From NCBI RefSeq assembly GCF_009914755.1, contig NC_060947.1: DNA of 64,000 bases; one strand, given 5' to 3'. This DNA comes from the human T2T-CHM13v2.0 reference genome, Homo sapiens. The notes beneath the pieces were generated by a model. It ran no database searches. It was given only the letters and a program-made list of their open reading frames with translations, and was not told where the DNA came from. Within the stretch, counting starts at the first letter, position 1. Each line of letters opens with the position of its first letter. Both the position numbers and the translations under genes were made by a program. Shown in pieces: positions 38,350 through 52,589 of this stretch.

Positions 38350-38790
38350 ATTTTTTTTTTTTTCCTTGATACAGGGTATTGCTTTGTCACCCAGGCTGGA
38401 GAGCAATGATGTGATCATAGCTCTCTGCAGCCTCAACTTCCTGGGCTCAACTGATCTTCCCACCTCAGCCTCCTGAGTAGTTGGAACCAGAGGCACACGC
38501 CACCACACCAGGCTATTTTATTATTATTATTATTTGTAGAGATGGGTTCTTTCTATGTTGCCCAGGCTGGTCTCAAACTCCTGAGCTCAAGTAATTTTTC
38601 CATCTCAGCCTCCCAAGTTCTTGGAATCACAGGCACACACCACTGTGCCCAGCTATTTTAAAAAATTGTTTGTGGGGACAGGGTCTTGCTATATTGCCCA
38701 GGCTAGTCTCAAACCCCTTGGCTCAAGCAATCCTCCCACCTCAGCCTCCCAAAGTCCTGGGATTAGGGGCATGAGCCACAGCACCCAGCC
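38350..38790 (-). mobile_element. AluJ-type element plus an additional left-arm Alu segment
   Basis: Antisense right arm and left arm, then a second partial arm ending ATGAGCCACAGCACCCAGCC. Confidence 0.88.
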
Positions 38791-38994
38791 AACATTTCTA
38801 TTTTTTCTACTAAAATGCTCTTCGTGCAGAATGTTTTTAGCAATGATAGCTCATATCCTCCAAGAACAGAGCATACGAAGTCTACAGATGAGATCAGAAA
38901 TACGCCGTTTTTTGATATCTCCTATCTCCTGTGTTCACAAACTTCACGAGGCTTTTTAAGACAGTTTTACAAGCCCCACTTATGGGAAGGTTGG

Positions 38995-39545
38995 TGTGCT
39001 CACATATCTCCAAATCCACCTCCAGATTTGATGATCTACTAGAATAACTCAAAAGACTGAGCAGATAATCATACTCTAAGCTATGATTTATGTAAGCAAA
39101 ATATAGCAAGAAAAATTAGCAAAAGGAAATAGCAAATGAGGTGAATGCCACAGGAAACCAGGTGCAAGCTTCCAAGGAAATTCTCTCTCACTGGAGTCAC
39201 AGAGGATGTGATTAATTCCTCCAGTGATGAATTTTGACAAAGCGTTTGAAATGCTCTCTACCAGGGAATGTCCTTGGAGACTCAGTACCCAGGATTTTTA
39301 TGGGGGGGATCTTCACAAAGACATCTACCGAAATTTCAGCCATCTGGAAAGAAAGCAGGTGTTCTCCCCAAATTACATTTTTGGGGTGTAGTTTAGACAT
39401 CATGAGCCATGCTTATCAGTTAGGGTAGCGGGAAGTTCCCTAAGTCCAAGTTCTTAAATGGCAGTCTTGGGCCAACCTAATAAGTATGACTTTCTCAGGA
39501 TAGTCTTTCTCAGGATAGAGCTCAGGTCCTTAGCTCAACTCTTTT
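38995..39545 (-). mobile_element. MER21-family LTR
   Basis: GGAAACCAGGTGCAAGCTTCCAAG, CTACCAGGGAA...GAGACTCAGTACCCAGGATTTTTATGGGGG. Confidence 0.75.
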
Positions 39546-39779
39546 TAGTAGGCTTTTTATTTTTTATTTTGTTTTATAGCACAGTATGAAGGAATATCCA
39601 GGTTCATAGGAAGTTTTCAACCAATGTCTGCAATGATGTCTCTATGACAAAAGATGGTTTTCAGAGAAAATCCCTTATATATTGCTAAATAGAACTAATC
39701 TCCCCCACTATTGGGTATATTAACCATGGCAGCATATTCTTCTTATTTTTAAGCTGGATATATAAACTCGTTTTTCTTT

Positions 39780-40095
39780 TGTATTTGTATAAATTTAAGG
39801 GGTCCAAGTGCACTTTTATTACATCTGTATATTGCCTAGTGGTGAACTCTTGGCTTTTAGTGTATCCATCACCTGAATAATGTACATCATACCCAATAAG
39901 TAATTTCTCATCGCTTATCCCTCCCTGACCCTCCCACCCTTCTGAGTCTCCAGTGTCTATTATTCCACTCTCTATATCCAAGTGTACACATTATTTACCT
40001 CCCACTTATGAGTAAGAACATGCAGTATTTGACTTTCTGTTTCTGAGCTGTTTCACTTAAGGTAATGTCCTTCAGCTCCATCCATGTTGCTGCGT
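39780..40095 (-). mobile_element. L1 (L1PB4/L1MA-type) 3' end
   Basis: TGTATAAATTTAAGGGGTCCAAGTGCAC...CCATCCATGTTGCTGC. Confidence 0.88.
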
Positions 40096-40321
40096 ATAGT
40101 AGAAAATTCTAATGGCAACGACACCTGATGTGGAATTATCTTTGTGTGTGTGAAATAAAATTATATACCATAATAGTCACCCTTTTAAAGAGCACAACTC
40201 CGTGGCTTTTAGTATATTCGTAATTGTGCAATGTCACCACTATCCAATTGCAAAATACTTTTATAACAGCACAAAGAAGCATCATATCTATTAAAAGTTA
40301 CAACTTCAAAGTTAGTAATAT

Positions 40322-40959
<638 letters not shown>

Positions 40960-41715
40960 CTCTCCTCTTTCTCTCACCCACCCAAGTCCCTGAAAACCAT
41001 GAGTCTACTTTTTGACTCCATGAATTTGCGTCTTCTGGACATTTCTTGTAAATAGAATCATACACCATGTGTCCTTCTTTCACTCAGCATAACTTCTTCA
41101 AAGTTTATCCACATATTAGTGTGTGTCGGTACTTCATTTTTTTTTTGTTTTTTTCAAATGAGCAATTGGGTTTTCAAGTAGTGAGTTCAGGGGTCTAACA
41201 CTGGATAAAGACAGGTTTTTTTGTTTGTTTTTGTTTCATCCAATTATTTTTCTTCTCTATTATTAATAGGGGAAACAGTTAACATTTAAAATTATAAATT
41301 TGCCTTCTGAGTAAGGCATTGGCTACATCCCATAACTTTAGTATTGCCATGTTTTCTAGTAGTTTAGTAATGTACTATATTCTAATTAATGCTTATTACA
41401 ATTCTGATTTCCTCTTACATCCGATATTTATACCAGACAGAGTTTCTTATTACTTGTATTTGTTTGTCTCATACATTTTTTATTTTGATGTCATTCTGAA
41501 TTGATGCACCAACTATAAATTAGTGATAAAATGCTGCCTGGACCACATTAGCTTTTATGAATTTATTAAGATTCTCTTTCTGGTGTGGTATATTAACAGC
41601 ACTTGGGAGCATCCTGTGGACAAATGAAAAGGGGACACGGAATCTGCTTGAAAAGATATGTTCTGAAGCTTAGGGTTGATCTCTGCCACAGGGCTGTTCT
41701 TTTTGTAGTATAAAG

Positions 41716-42240
41716 TGATTTCTCAAAGAACTTAAAACAGAACTACCATTTGACCCAGCAATCCCATTATTGGGTACATACCCAAAGGAATATAAATCAT
41801 TCTACCATAAAGGCACATGCATGCATATGTTTATCTCAGCACTATTCACAATAGCAAAGACATGGAATCAACCTAGGTGCCCATTAGTGGTAGACTAGAT
41901 AAAGAAAATGTGGTACGTAGGCAACATGGAATACTGCACAGCCATAAAATAGAACGAGATCATGTCCTTTGCAGCAACGTGGATGGAGTTGGAGGCCATT
42001 GCCCTAAGTGAACTAACACAGGAATAGAAAACCAAATACTATGTGTTCTCACCGATAGGTGGGAGCTAAACATTTAGTACACATGGACACAAAGAGGGGA
42101 ACAATAGTCACTGGGGACTACTTGAGGGTGGAGGGTGGGATGAGGGTCAAAATAAAAATACTACCTATCGGGTACTATGCTTATTACCTGGGTGATGAAA
42201 TAATCTGTACACCAACCTAAAATAAGTTTATTTAAAAAAA
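41716..42240 (+). mobile_element. L1PA (old) 3' end
   Basis: TTTCTCAAAGAACTTAAAACAGAACTACCATTTGACCCAGCAATCCC; 3'UTR with internal deletion before the A-tail. Confidence 0.92.
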
Positions 42241-43024
42241 ACAAAAACAAGAAAACAACAACAACAGCTGTAGGCAGGTGACCTCTTAGATCTCTACAGG
42301 TGACTGTCCTAGACTTCAGATGAACCCTTTAATATTTTGTTAATGATTGTTTCACAGAGATAATTTCTCTTTCATTATGGGTCTGTAACGTGGAGCCTTA
42401 TGTTGATGAAAAGAATTATTTATGGAACATTGTCAAAGTCCAGGTGCCATTGTGAGGCGTGGATTCTCAGCATCCACATGGCCTTCATCAGTGTGTACTG
42501 GCTGAAGGTGGCACTTCCTGTATTACAGATATAGTGGTGAAGAGCCTCTTCCCAGAGACACGGGGCCTGGCAGACTAGCAAGTCATCTTATTTCCAATGT
42601 GCTTATGGAGTTCCCCTCAACAGCGCCCTGTGATAGACAGCCCAGAGAATCTGAGCTATGTTCCTGCCGTGAACATAGTTGATCATTCTCTACCACTGAG
42701 TACTGGGGCTCCCAGCTCCTGGCACTCCATCAGTCAGCATTTGCCAAGCTCTCATGGTGCAGGAAAAAAAAGTGTTGCATACACAGGAAAAGTATCAACA
42801 GAAGAGGAAGATGTGGTATGTGCTCTTTAGCAATTTAATTTGATTAGATGTATTTTTTGCTGTTACAAAGAAAGCCTGTGGCTGGAATAAAAGTGTGAAG
42901 AGCTGCTGAGAACCACCAACAGTACGGCATTTAATTGCCCTGGATTTCAATTTTCTCATTTGTAAAATGGGAACCAGATGAGATTATCTGTGTGAAAGAC
43001 CTCTTTGCTTATTTATTGAACATA

Positions 43025-43300
43025 CGATTTTGCTCTGTCGCCCAGGCTAGAGGGCAGTGGTGCGATCAAAGATCACTGCAGCCTCCATCTCCTAGCTCAA
43101 GTGATCCTCCCACCTGAGCCTCCCAAGTTGCTGGAAGTACAGGAGGGCACCACCACACCCAGCTAATTTATTCTATTTTCTGCAGAGAAGGGGTCTACTA
43201 TGTTGCCCCAGCTGGTCTTGTGCTCCTGGGCTCAAGTGGTCCTCCTGCCTTGGGTTCCCAAAGTACTGGGATTACAGGTGCGAGCCAGCTCACTGGGCAT
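43025..43300 (-). mobile_element. Alu (AluJ-type)
   Basis: Antisense Alu with CTCAAGTGATCCTCCCACCT. Confidence 0.9.
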
Positions 43301-43804
43301 GCACTTTTAAAATAATATGAGATTTTGAAGGGCTTTAACCTTCCTCTATTCTTCCTCTTCACTGCCTAGTATAGGAATAAGTGTGTATAGTTATGAAATC
43401 CTAAGTTGTTTGCCAAGTAAGATACCATAAGAGAAGAGAGAAAAAAAGAGTCAGAGACAGAGAGAGAGAGGGAGGGAGGGAGAATTATTTCTCTACTACT
43501 ATTGTCTTGGATATTTGTTGACAAGGTGACACAAAGAACTAGGTGAAATTAAGCATAATGGGCACTAAACATCAATTTGGGGAAAAGACCAATTCATAGC
43601 ATCTTACTCATGGTGGTATTTTGGAACAACGGCTGAATCACCTTAGTTTCCATTCAACCTATACTATGAAGTAGGACTTAAAAAATTAACTGGAATTTAG
43701 AGTTTTTATGAGTATTATGCATGATTCTAAATACAACCATTCTAAACAACAGAAAACATATGATTTTATTTCTTTCAGTCTTAAGGAGCTTACCATACAA
43801 GTAA

Positions 43805-44220
<416 letters not shown>

Positions 44221-44547
44221 CGAGAATATTCTTATACTTAGATGCAGGCTCAAGATTTGCCAACTACAAATTTCTATTTGGATTTCCTTTTAGGGGAAGA
44301 TTTAGTGTCAAAATTAACATCTCTGGAGAATGTCCAGCCTTCCAAATATGATTCCTTGATCAAATACTCCCATTCCTGAAAAACCTTCCTTTGATATCAA
44401 AATTTTTAAAGAATAAAATGTTGACTAAACCATTAAATTTTAATTTAATTTTGTAAGATTGTTGGTTTCTAGAATTTAACAGCATCATATATTTTAACAA
44501 TTTAATACATTAGAAATAACAGATTTAAATGTTTAAAAGTTTAGAGG

Positions 44548-44765
44548 CTTTTTTAAGAGTATAACTCATAGACCATAACGTTCAACCTTTCAAAGTATAC
44601 AGTTCGATGGTTTTTTCTATGTTCAGAGTTTTACAACCATCACCACTATCTAACTTCAGAATATTTTCATCATCACACAGAAACCCAGTACCCATTAAGT
44701 AGTTACTTCCCATACACTCTCCCTCCAGCCCTGACAACCACTAATCTGTTTTCTGACTCAACAAT
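44548..44765 (-). mobile_element. L1MB 3' end fragment
   Basis: CAACCATCACCACTATCTAACTTCAGAATATTTTCATCA, CCCTGACAACCACTAATCTG. Confidence 0.8.
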
Positions 44766-44911
44766 CTTTCAGCTACTGTGATAGTCACTGACAAAAACAT
44801 TTGAGTTCAAAGAAGATATAATCAAAGACTGGTGGCTTGCTCGGGGAACTGTCTTACTGCTCTGCAGGTGTTTTTGCCATAAGTATGTCCACTTGATCCT
44901 CAATTCATTCC

Positions 44912-45296
44912 TGATATGGTTTGGCTCTGTGTCCCCACCTGAATCTCATGTCAAATTGTAATTCCCAGTGTTGAGGGAGGGATCTGGTGGGAGGTGATTG
45001 GATCACGGGGGCGCACTTTCCCTTTGCTGGTCTCATGATAATGAGTGAGTTCTCACGGAACCTGATGGTTTTAAAGTATGTAGCACTTTCCCCTTTGCTC
45101 TCTCTCTCTCTCCTGCCGCCATGTGAAGAGGGTGCTTGCTTCCCCTTAGCTTTCTGCCATGATTGTAAGTTTCCTGAGGCCCCCAGTCATGCTTTCTGTT
45201 AAGCCTGTGGAACTGTGAGTCAATTAAAGTTCTTTTGTTTATAAATTACCCCGTCTCAGGTAGTTCTTTATAGCACTGTGAGAACGAACTAATACA
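44912..45296 (+). mobile_element. MSTA MaLR solo LTR
   Basis: TGATATGGTTTGGCTCTGTGTCCCCACC...ACTAATACA; near-TSD ATTCC/ATTTC. Confidence 0.9.
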
Positions 45297-45644
45297 ATTT
45301 CCTTTGTTGTACATACATCCAACATAAAGAACCCCATTCCCCATGCTCAGTTGGGGATTAAAAGCAATTGAATAACTTTTTCCATAGACATTGTCATTCT
45401 TCTCTTGTAAATTCAGGGATTGAGGTCTTGGTGGATGACTACTGTCATCTGTGTATGAGCTGGACATAAGGTTGAAGGAAGTGACTGAAGGTAAATTACA
45501 GCCTTACTCACCATCCTAAAAATCCCAGCCTTCCATTGTGGAGCTTGAGGGCCCTGATACAGCATTATTAGTGCTCTGGAAATATAACATGACTGACCAG
45601 GAGCCAGCACGGATGAAAAAATGCCCAGTTGCCCCATTAATTGC

Positions 45645-45795
45645 TCAAAATCTATTATTCACCCTACACAAAAACACACAGCATATGAGGTCATAAATAA
45701 GTTAATTAGCTTTAGTCACCCCACAATGTATACAAATATCAAAACATCATGCTGTACACAACTAATATATACATTTTTGTCAAATGGTAAATACA
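45645..45795 (+). mobile_element. L1MA 3' end fragment
   Basis: GTTAATTAGCTT...CCACAATGTATACAAATATCAAAACATCATG. Confidence 0.75.
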
Positions 45796-45834
45796 TTTAA
45801 ATTTTTAAAATCTATTTATTTTAACCTATTTTTT

Positions 45835-46127
45835 AAATATTTATTCATTTGTTTTTTGAGACAGAGTCTCACTCTGTCACCCAGGCTGGAGTGCAATGGC
45901 GCAAACTTGGCTCACTGCAAGCTCCGCCTCCTGGGTTCAAGCAATTCTCCCGCCTCAGCCTCCCGATACAGGCACCCACCATCATGCCTGGCTAATTTTT
46001 ATATTTTTGTAGAGATGGGGTTTCACCATGTTGGCCAGGCTGGTCTTGAACCCCTGACCTCAGATGATCCACCCACCTCAGCCTCCTAAAGTGCTGGGAT
46101 TACAGGCGTGAGCCACCGCACCTGTCC
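45835..46127 (-). mobile_element. Alu (AluS-type, small internal deletion); further Alu fragment to about 46245
   Basis: Antisense Alu motifs. Confidence 0.92.
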
Positions 46128-47317
46128 ATCTATTTTTATTTTTAAGGGATAGAGTTTCACTATGTTTCCCAGGTTGGACTTGAACTCTTGGCCTCAAGTG
46201 ATCTTCCCACCTTGGCCTAAATGCAAGTGTGGTGGTGCTTGTCTATAGTCCCAGGTGTGATTTATTTCAGATCACTCACTATCTTCATTATCCTGAAGTA
46301 TGAATCTACAAGGCATGATTTTATGATTCTATGGATTAGGATCAAGAGTGTCTTTTTGAATATTTACACAGAGGGGCTGAAAAATGAATCTCCTGTAGAA
46401 TGTCTTAGTAAGAAATTGCATTTAAAATGTGAAGCAAATTGAATATGTGAAGCGTATTGAATACCAACAAATACATATAATTATGGTCCATATTGAAATC
46501 TCAAAGACCAATATAATTTAGGGCAAAAATAGGGATACTAAACTTAATAACAAAGAGAGGCTATTTTATCCTTCCAAAATAAAAAGACATCGCTGATTAA
46601 AGAAGAGCCCTGTAAAGAGAACTCCATTAACCATTGTTCTGCTCATTTATTTAGTGCAGGCAAAGACATTGTTCTCAATGTCCCTGGAGTGGCCTTAGAA
46701 AGCCACAGAACACAAAAATACAAGTATTAATAACAACAGATCATTAATGAATACTTGTTAACTTTTACAATACATTTGTTATACATAAAATTAATAATTT
46801 GTTACCAATTAAATTAATAATATATGAACGCATGGATAATTTAACATTAAGAACCCAGGTTTGAGTCAACCAGGAAAATAAAAGTGGAATTCCACAGTAT
46901 GGTCATGCATCTTAGTAGAATAAAAGAATCTCTATGACCTACCCATCTTTGCCTCTTTGCTAGCAGAATACCTCCTCTCTTACCTTGCCTGAAACAATGC
47001 AAAACAGCAAAGATACTTTTTTTATGACCCAAAACATTACTTTATCCACCTGGCAATTTTGTTTTCCTGTTGGAATTACTTTTTTAAACGAAATCATGAG
47101 GAGCTCCAGTTAAGAAGCAAAGTGTGTTGTTTTTCTTCCTAGATGGAATGTTTTGTTGTAACTCACAGGAACATATATGGGCAGTACAATCTTTCTCAAG
47201 GTGGTTTCCGAAATGCATCACATCTAAACAGACACTGTATTGTCTCTCCTCCACATAAACAAGCCTTTATCAGCCATGATGCAAAAAATCAATATTTTGA
47301 TTATGTGAATTTTTATA

Positions 47318-47716
47318 CTATTAAAATAATAAAAAAAAACTTTAGAAGAATTTAGCAGAGTTTATTTGAGCAAAGAGTGATTCACGAGTTGGGCAGCACT
47401 TGGGAGCAGAGGAGGTTCAGAAAGCTGTGCCAAGCAGTGTGACAAGAGAGGTTTTATAGACCAAATACAGAAGCAAAGTAGAAAAATCATCTGATCGGCC
47501 ACAGCTGGCCATCTTCTTTATTTGGGCATAATGTGATGAGACATTCACCTTATTTGAGAACAATCTGATTGGTTGTATAGCTGCGATTAACTGAAGCTCA
47601 ACTGTTTGTAATGAGGTGAAACCCTAAGTTTTTCTTTCCTACATATTACATTAGATCTCTGTTTGTTATGTAGAGACTCCAAGTATGGAAGCATGACCAC
47701 CTCATTTAATTTAACA
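47318..47716 (-). mobile_element. ERV1 solo LTR (MER93/MER57-group)
   Basis: Minus strand begins TGTTAAATTAAAT; plus strand GAGTTTATTTGAGCAAAGAGTGATTCACGAG marks the antisense 3' part. Confidence 0.65.
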
Positions 47717-47824
47717 AGACTTACAGTCCACCACTGGAGTCAGAATAGTACCTTTGTAAAAGAAATGTGTGTGAATTTTTCAAGAGCTGTGGCTTCCTTC
47801 AGCATCAAAGTTATTTTACACTGA

Positions 47825-48155
<331 letters not shown>

Positions 48156-48342
48156 TGATGAGGTCCTGCAAGGGAAGGAGGAAAGCTTTCAAACGCTATG
48201 GAAATAGCACTGCAACTCCTGTTAATTGCTAATCCTGCATCCCAGAGAACCCCAGTGAATTGTGTGGTTGTTACAAGTATGAGCAGTTAGGGTTATTTTG
48301 AATATACTACCCAAACTCTTTTAAATGTGTGACTCCTGTTTT

Positions 48343-48374
48343 GTGTGTGTGTGTGTGTGTTTGTGTGTGTGTGT
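48343..48374. repeat. (TG)n microsatellite
   Basis: Direct reading. Confidence 0.95.
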
Positions 48375-48419
48375 CCTAGCTTTTCTCATCCTCTAGACAG
48401 ATGTTAGCTGTGCATATAT

Positions 48420-48845
48420 GTTAGCCTAATCGGGGGGGAAAACATGAGACACACGTATTATAAGTAGAGAGTTTATTTAGTCCAAGTTTGAAGATTGTAA
48501 CCCAGGACCATAGGTTCAAGTTGCCCTGAATGTGTGCTCTGATTAACAGCAGGAACAAGTGAGTTTTTAAAGGAAAAGAAGAGGCAGTTCCTAAATTGTT
48601 TATCAAGAATTTACATGAAAGTAACATAAAATATTGATTGGCTGTACATTGTTCTTTGTATCACAAATTCCAGGGACATGAAGCTACTAAGTGAGGCAGC
48701 GAGTCAGAAATAAAATGCTTTCAAACAATTGCCCCCAGGCATGGGTACGAGGGTGAGTGAGTGTGGCTGAAGTCTCACATACACTTGTTTCCCTGGGCCT
48801 CATAAGTTTTGCATACTTCACATAACTCAGAGTACTCTGAGCTAT
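48420..48845 (-). mobile_element. ERV1 solo LTR (MER65-like)
   Basis: Minus strand TAGCTCAGAGTACTCTGAGTTATGTGAAGTATGCAAAAC...AGGCCCAG, with AATAAACTCTCTACTTA near its 3' end. Confidence 0.65.
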
Positions 48846-49876
48846 AAAAATATCTATAAATATTATGTTGCTAACATTCTCCTGGAATTTGAGTAAGACT
48901 GGAAAAATCTTACAAAATAAATCATAAACTTCTATCTCAAATTTCTTTCAAAATTTCTAAATGACATCTATGCAAACCCAATTTGGAAAATAAATTGTGA
49001 ACAAAAAAAAAATCACTTTAGAACTTATCAATTTTAATGGAATTTCAAGAAAACCCCAAAACAAACAAAAACATATGGAGAAGAATCTCTCTTGTAGAAA
49101 TCACTCAACTGTAATATCCCTGAAGTTTAATTTCTTTGCATGGAAAAGAAACTGATTATAAAACTTGTTTAAAATGAGTTGAATGAGATAGTTTAAGAGT
49201 AATGTTCAATACGTTTTGATTTAAATAATAGATTGCTCACAGAATAAGTGTATGTTGATTTAAGCCTTCATTTTCTCATAATAGGAAATTTTACTGCTTT
49301 CCACACAGTATGACAGCTTGAGTTATAGCACAGCGGGTCGGAGCAAGAGCAACAATTGAGAACCATGTGCGTACAATTATGCAAATCCCTTATCATCGCC
49401 CCCTCCCCTAGGTCTCATTTAATTGTCTTCTTCTATATATGCAGCACTAATATTTCTAGAATCAGGGAAAAAAAGAAATAAAAATGAATAAAGCCTTATT
49501 CAAAGCCACAAGTGAATAAACACAATCATTAAATAGGACAATATGCAGAATAAAAATAGAAGGAAACTCCCATAAGGAACTAAAACACCAAAGAGAGAGA
49601 AAATATTTTAAGACTTTGTCTCTTTCTGTTGTAAACCATATGGATGTTCCAAACCAAAGCAAAAACTTTGGTAAAGTTGGAAGGCAATTCATTTACAAGG
49701 AATAAACTTTTTTCTACCTCTGATTTAAATTTTTCACCATTTTAATCCTTTATTCTTTTCCTGATTTAATGCAATTTTTTTTTTCTCTTGGAGATTTGAG
49801 AATGGGACATATGCTGAACCCTATAAGCAAATGTCATAACTACTTGTTTGAGATTTATCTTCTTTAAATTGTATGT

Positions 49877-50570
49877 GGTATTTTAATGGGGATTGCGTTG
49901 AATTTGTAGATTGCTTTTGGCAGTATGGTCATTTTCACAATATTGATTCTACCCGTCCATGAGCATGGGATGTGTTTCCATTTGTTTGTGTCATCTATGA
50001 TTTCTTTCAGTGGTGATTTGTAGTTTTTCTTCTAGAGGTCTTTTGAATCCTTGGTTAGGTATATTCCTAAGTATTTTTTTTTTAACAGCTACTGTAAAAG
50101 GGGTGAGTTCTTGATTTGATTCTCTGCTTCATCACTGTTGGTGTATAAAGAAGAGGTACTGATTTGTGTACATTAATCTTGTATCCGGAAGCTCTGCTGA
50201 ATTCTTTTGTCAGTTCTAGGAGCTTTCTGGAGGAGTCCTAAGGATTTTCAAGGTAAATGATCATATACTCAGCAAACAGTGGCAGTTTGACTTCCTCTTT
50301 ACCGATTTGGATGCCCTTTCTTTCTCTTGACTAATTGCTTTGGCTAGGACTTCCAGTACTATGTTGAAGAGGAGTGGTGAGAGTGGGCTACCATTTCATC
50401 CAGCAATCCAGCTACTTGGTATCTACCCAGAGGAAAACAAGTCATTATTCGAAAAAGATACTTGCACACACATGTTTATAGTGGCAGAATTCACAATAGC
50501 AAAATCATGGAACCAACCCAGATGCCCATCAATCAATGAGTGGATAAAGAAACTGTGGTATATATATGTA

Positions 50571-50605
<35 letters not shown>

Positions 50606-51047
50606 ACATATATATATATGTATACATATATATATATATGTATACATATATATATATATGTATATATACGATGGGATCGTATATATGTATATATATGATG
50701 GGATACTATGCAGCCATAAAAAGGAATGAATTAACAGCATTTGCAGTGACCTGGATGAGACTGGAGACTGTTATTCTAAGTGAAGTAACTCAGGAATGGA
50801 AAACCAAACATTGTATGTTCTCACTGATATGCTGGAGCTAAGCTATGAGGATGCAAAGGCAGGAGAATGATACAATGGACTTTGGGGACTTGGGGGGAAG
50901 AGAGGGAGGGGGGTGAAGGATAAAATACTACATATATGGTGCAATGTATACTGCTCAGGTAATGGATGCACCAAAATCTCACAAATCACCACTAAAGAAC
51001 TTATTCATGTAACCAAATACCACCTGTACCACAATAATTTATGGAAA
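49877..51047 (+). mobile_element. L1PB1-like insertion with 5' inversion (49877-50388 antisense ORF2; 50389-51047 sense 3' end)
   Basis: Orientation switch near 50388; whole unit flanked by TSD AAATTGTATGT at 49866-49876 and 51048-51058. Confidence 0.9.
50560..50697. repeat. Expanded (TA)n/(TATG)n tract inside L1PB
   Basis: Direct reading. Confidence 0.95.
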
Positions 51048-51105
51048 AAATTGTATGTAAGAGCGTGATTATATAATTATGTCATAGGTATTGTTCATGG
51101 TATTG

Positions 51106-51208
51106 TTTCTTTTTTCTTTTAGTTTTTCCTTCCTTCCTTCTTTCCTTTCTTCCTCCTTCCTTCCTTACTTTCTCCTTCCCTTCTCCCCTTCTTTCTTTCC
51201 TTTTCTTT

Positions 51209-51272
<64 letters not shown>

Positions 51273-51335
51273 TTTCTTTCTTTCTTTCTCTCTCTCTCTC
51301 TTTCTTTTTTCTTTTCTTTTCTTTTCTCTTCTTTC
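51106..51335. repeat. Polypyrimidine (CTTT)n/(CCTT)n tract
   Basis: About 230 nt almost purely C/T with a perfect (TTTC)n core. Confidence 0.95.
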
Positions 51336-51540
51336 CTAGCTTTTAATGATTGCCAGTAGTTTCTGGTGTTCCTGGGTTTGCAGCTGAATAACTCCAATTG
51401 CTGGCTGCATCTTCACATGGACTTTTTCTTTATTGTTTGCCTGTATCTCCATGTTTCCTTTCTTCTTATAAGGACAGCAGCCGTTGGATTTAGAGCCAAC
51501 CCTAATGCGGTATGATCTTATTTTAACTTGACTGACATTG
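51336..51540 (-). mobile_element. MLT1 (MLT1B/C-like) LTR fragment
   Basis: TCTTCTTATAAGGACAGCAG...TTGGATTTAGAGCCAACCCTAAT. Confidence 0.75.
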
Positions 51541-51589
51541 GGATAATTTGTGTGGGTCAGAGTCCTACGCATAGGTGGGATAACTTAGA

Positions 51590-51745
51590 TTCCAAGACTA
51601 GATTCTAAACCTCGGCTTGATCACTGTCTGATATTGGGAAAGTTTCTGATCCAAACTTCATTTTTCTTATTCATAAAAGCATTAGCACCAGCAACTCTCA
51701 TTTCAACAGATTCATGTAAAAATTAAATGAATCTGTGTAACATGT
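51590..51745 (+). mobile_element. MIR fragment
   Basis: TTGGGAAAGTT...TTCATTTTTCTTATTCATAAAA...AAAATTAAATGA. Confidence 0.5.
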
Positions 51746-52589
51746 GGTTGTTGGAAACCCTTGGTCAGATCCTATCTAAGGATTCAAACACCACCAGATA
51801 AGCAACATAGAGTGAACACAGCATGTCTATTTTCTAACTCACCCTGAAACCAAATTTCCAAATATTTCCCCCCAAAATTATAAGTGTCATTCTAAAGGAC
51901 AAAACAAGATAATGACAGAATTCCTAGGAAAATTACTTTCCTGAAGAATTAGCTTGCTTGTTAAAGTATAGGGAGGCTAGAAAGTGGTGTATAATTTAGT
52001 ACTTCCACTAAGATGGACACATTGAACCCATGTTCAATTACATGCCATTATTAAACCAGCTCCAATTATATAAAGCAAAGGGGCCTTTCTGGGCATCCAC
52101 CATCTTTTTTTGCATGGGGAACGGATTAAAAGAAACGAGGACATTTCTTGTTTGAAGCATTTTCCTGGCTGGTCTCATGGAGCTTGGCTGTGGGGTCTTA
52201 GCCCATTCTTTTGTTTTCCTCTTCTCTCTGTGTGAATGAGGCTTTCTGAAGGGCCTACGCTTGTTGAGATATTCTGAGGCTGACCAACTCATCCAAGTTT
52301 GCTCAGGAACTTTCTTGTTCTACCTCTGAAAGTCCTACATCCAGAAACTCACTCTGTCATATGCAAACTGGCCTATGACTGTCATAGCCACCACAGAGCT
52401 TGACTGACTCTATCCTTTGTCAGAGAGGTAAACACAATTGGGGTGAGATCCAAATGCTGTCCATTGTCTTGTACAGGAGAACAAAGTCACAATAAAAATC
52501 CTTTGACTTGTATGACTTTTTATATTGCCTCATGTAAGAAGAGACTCATCTCTTATTTGTCAGGTTGTAAATTAAGCATGTAGCACAGT

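Noticed and set aside
50340-50841. Tyr/Ile-rich ORFs
   Set aside because: L1 ORF2 C-terminal remnant plus (TA)n translation.
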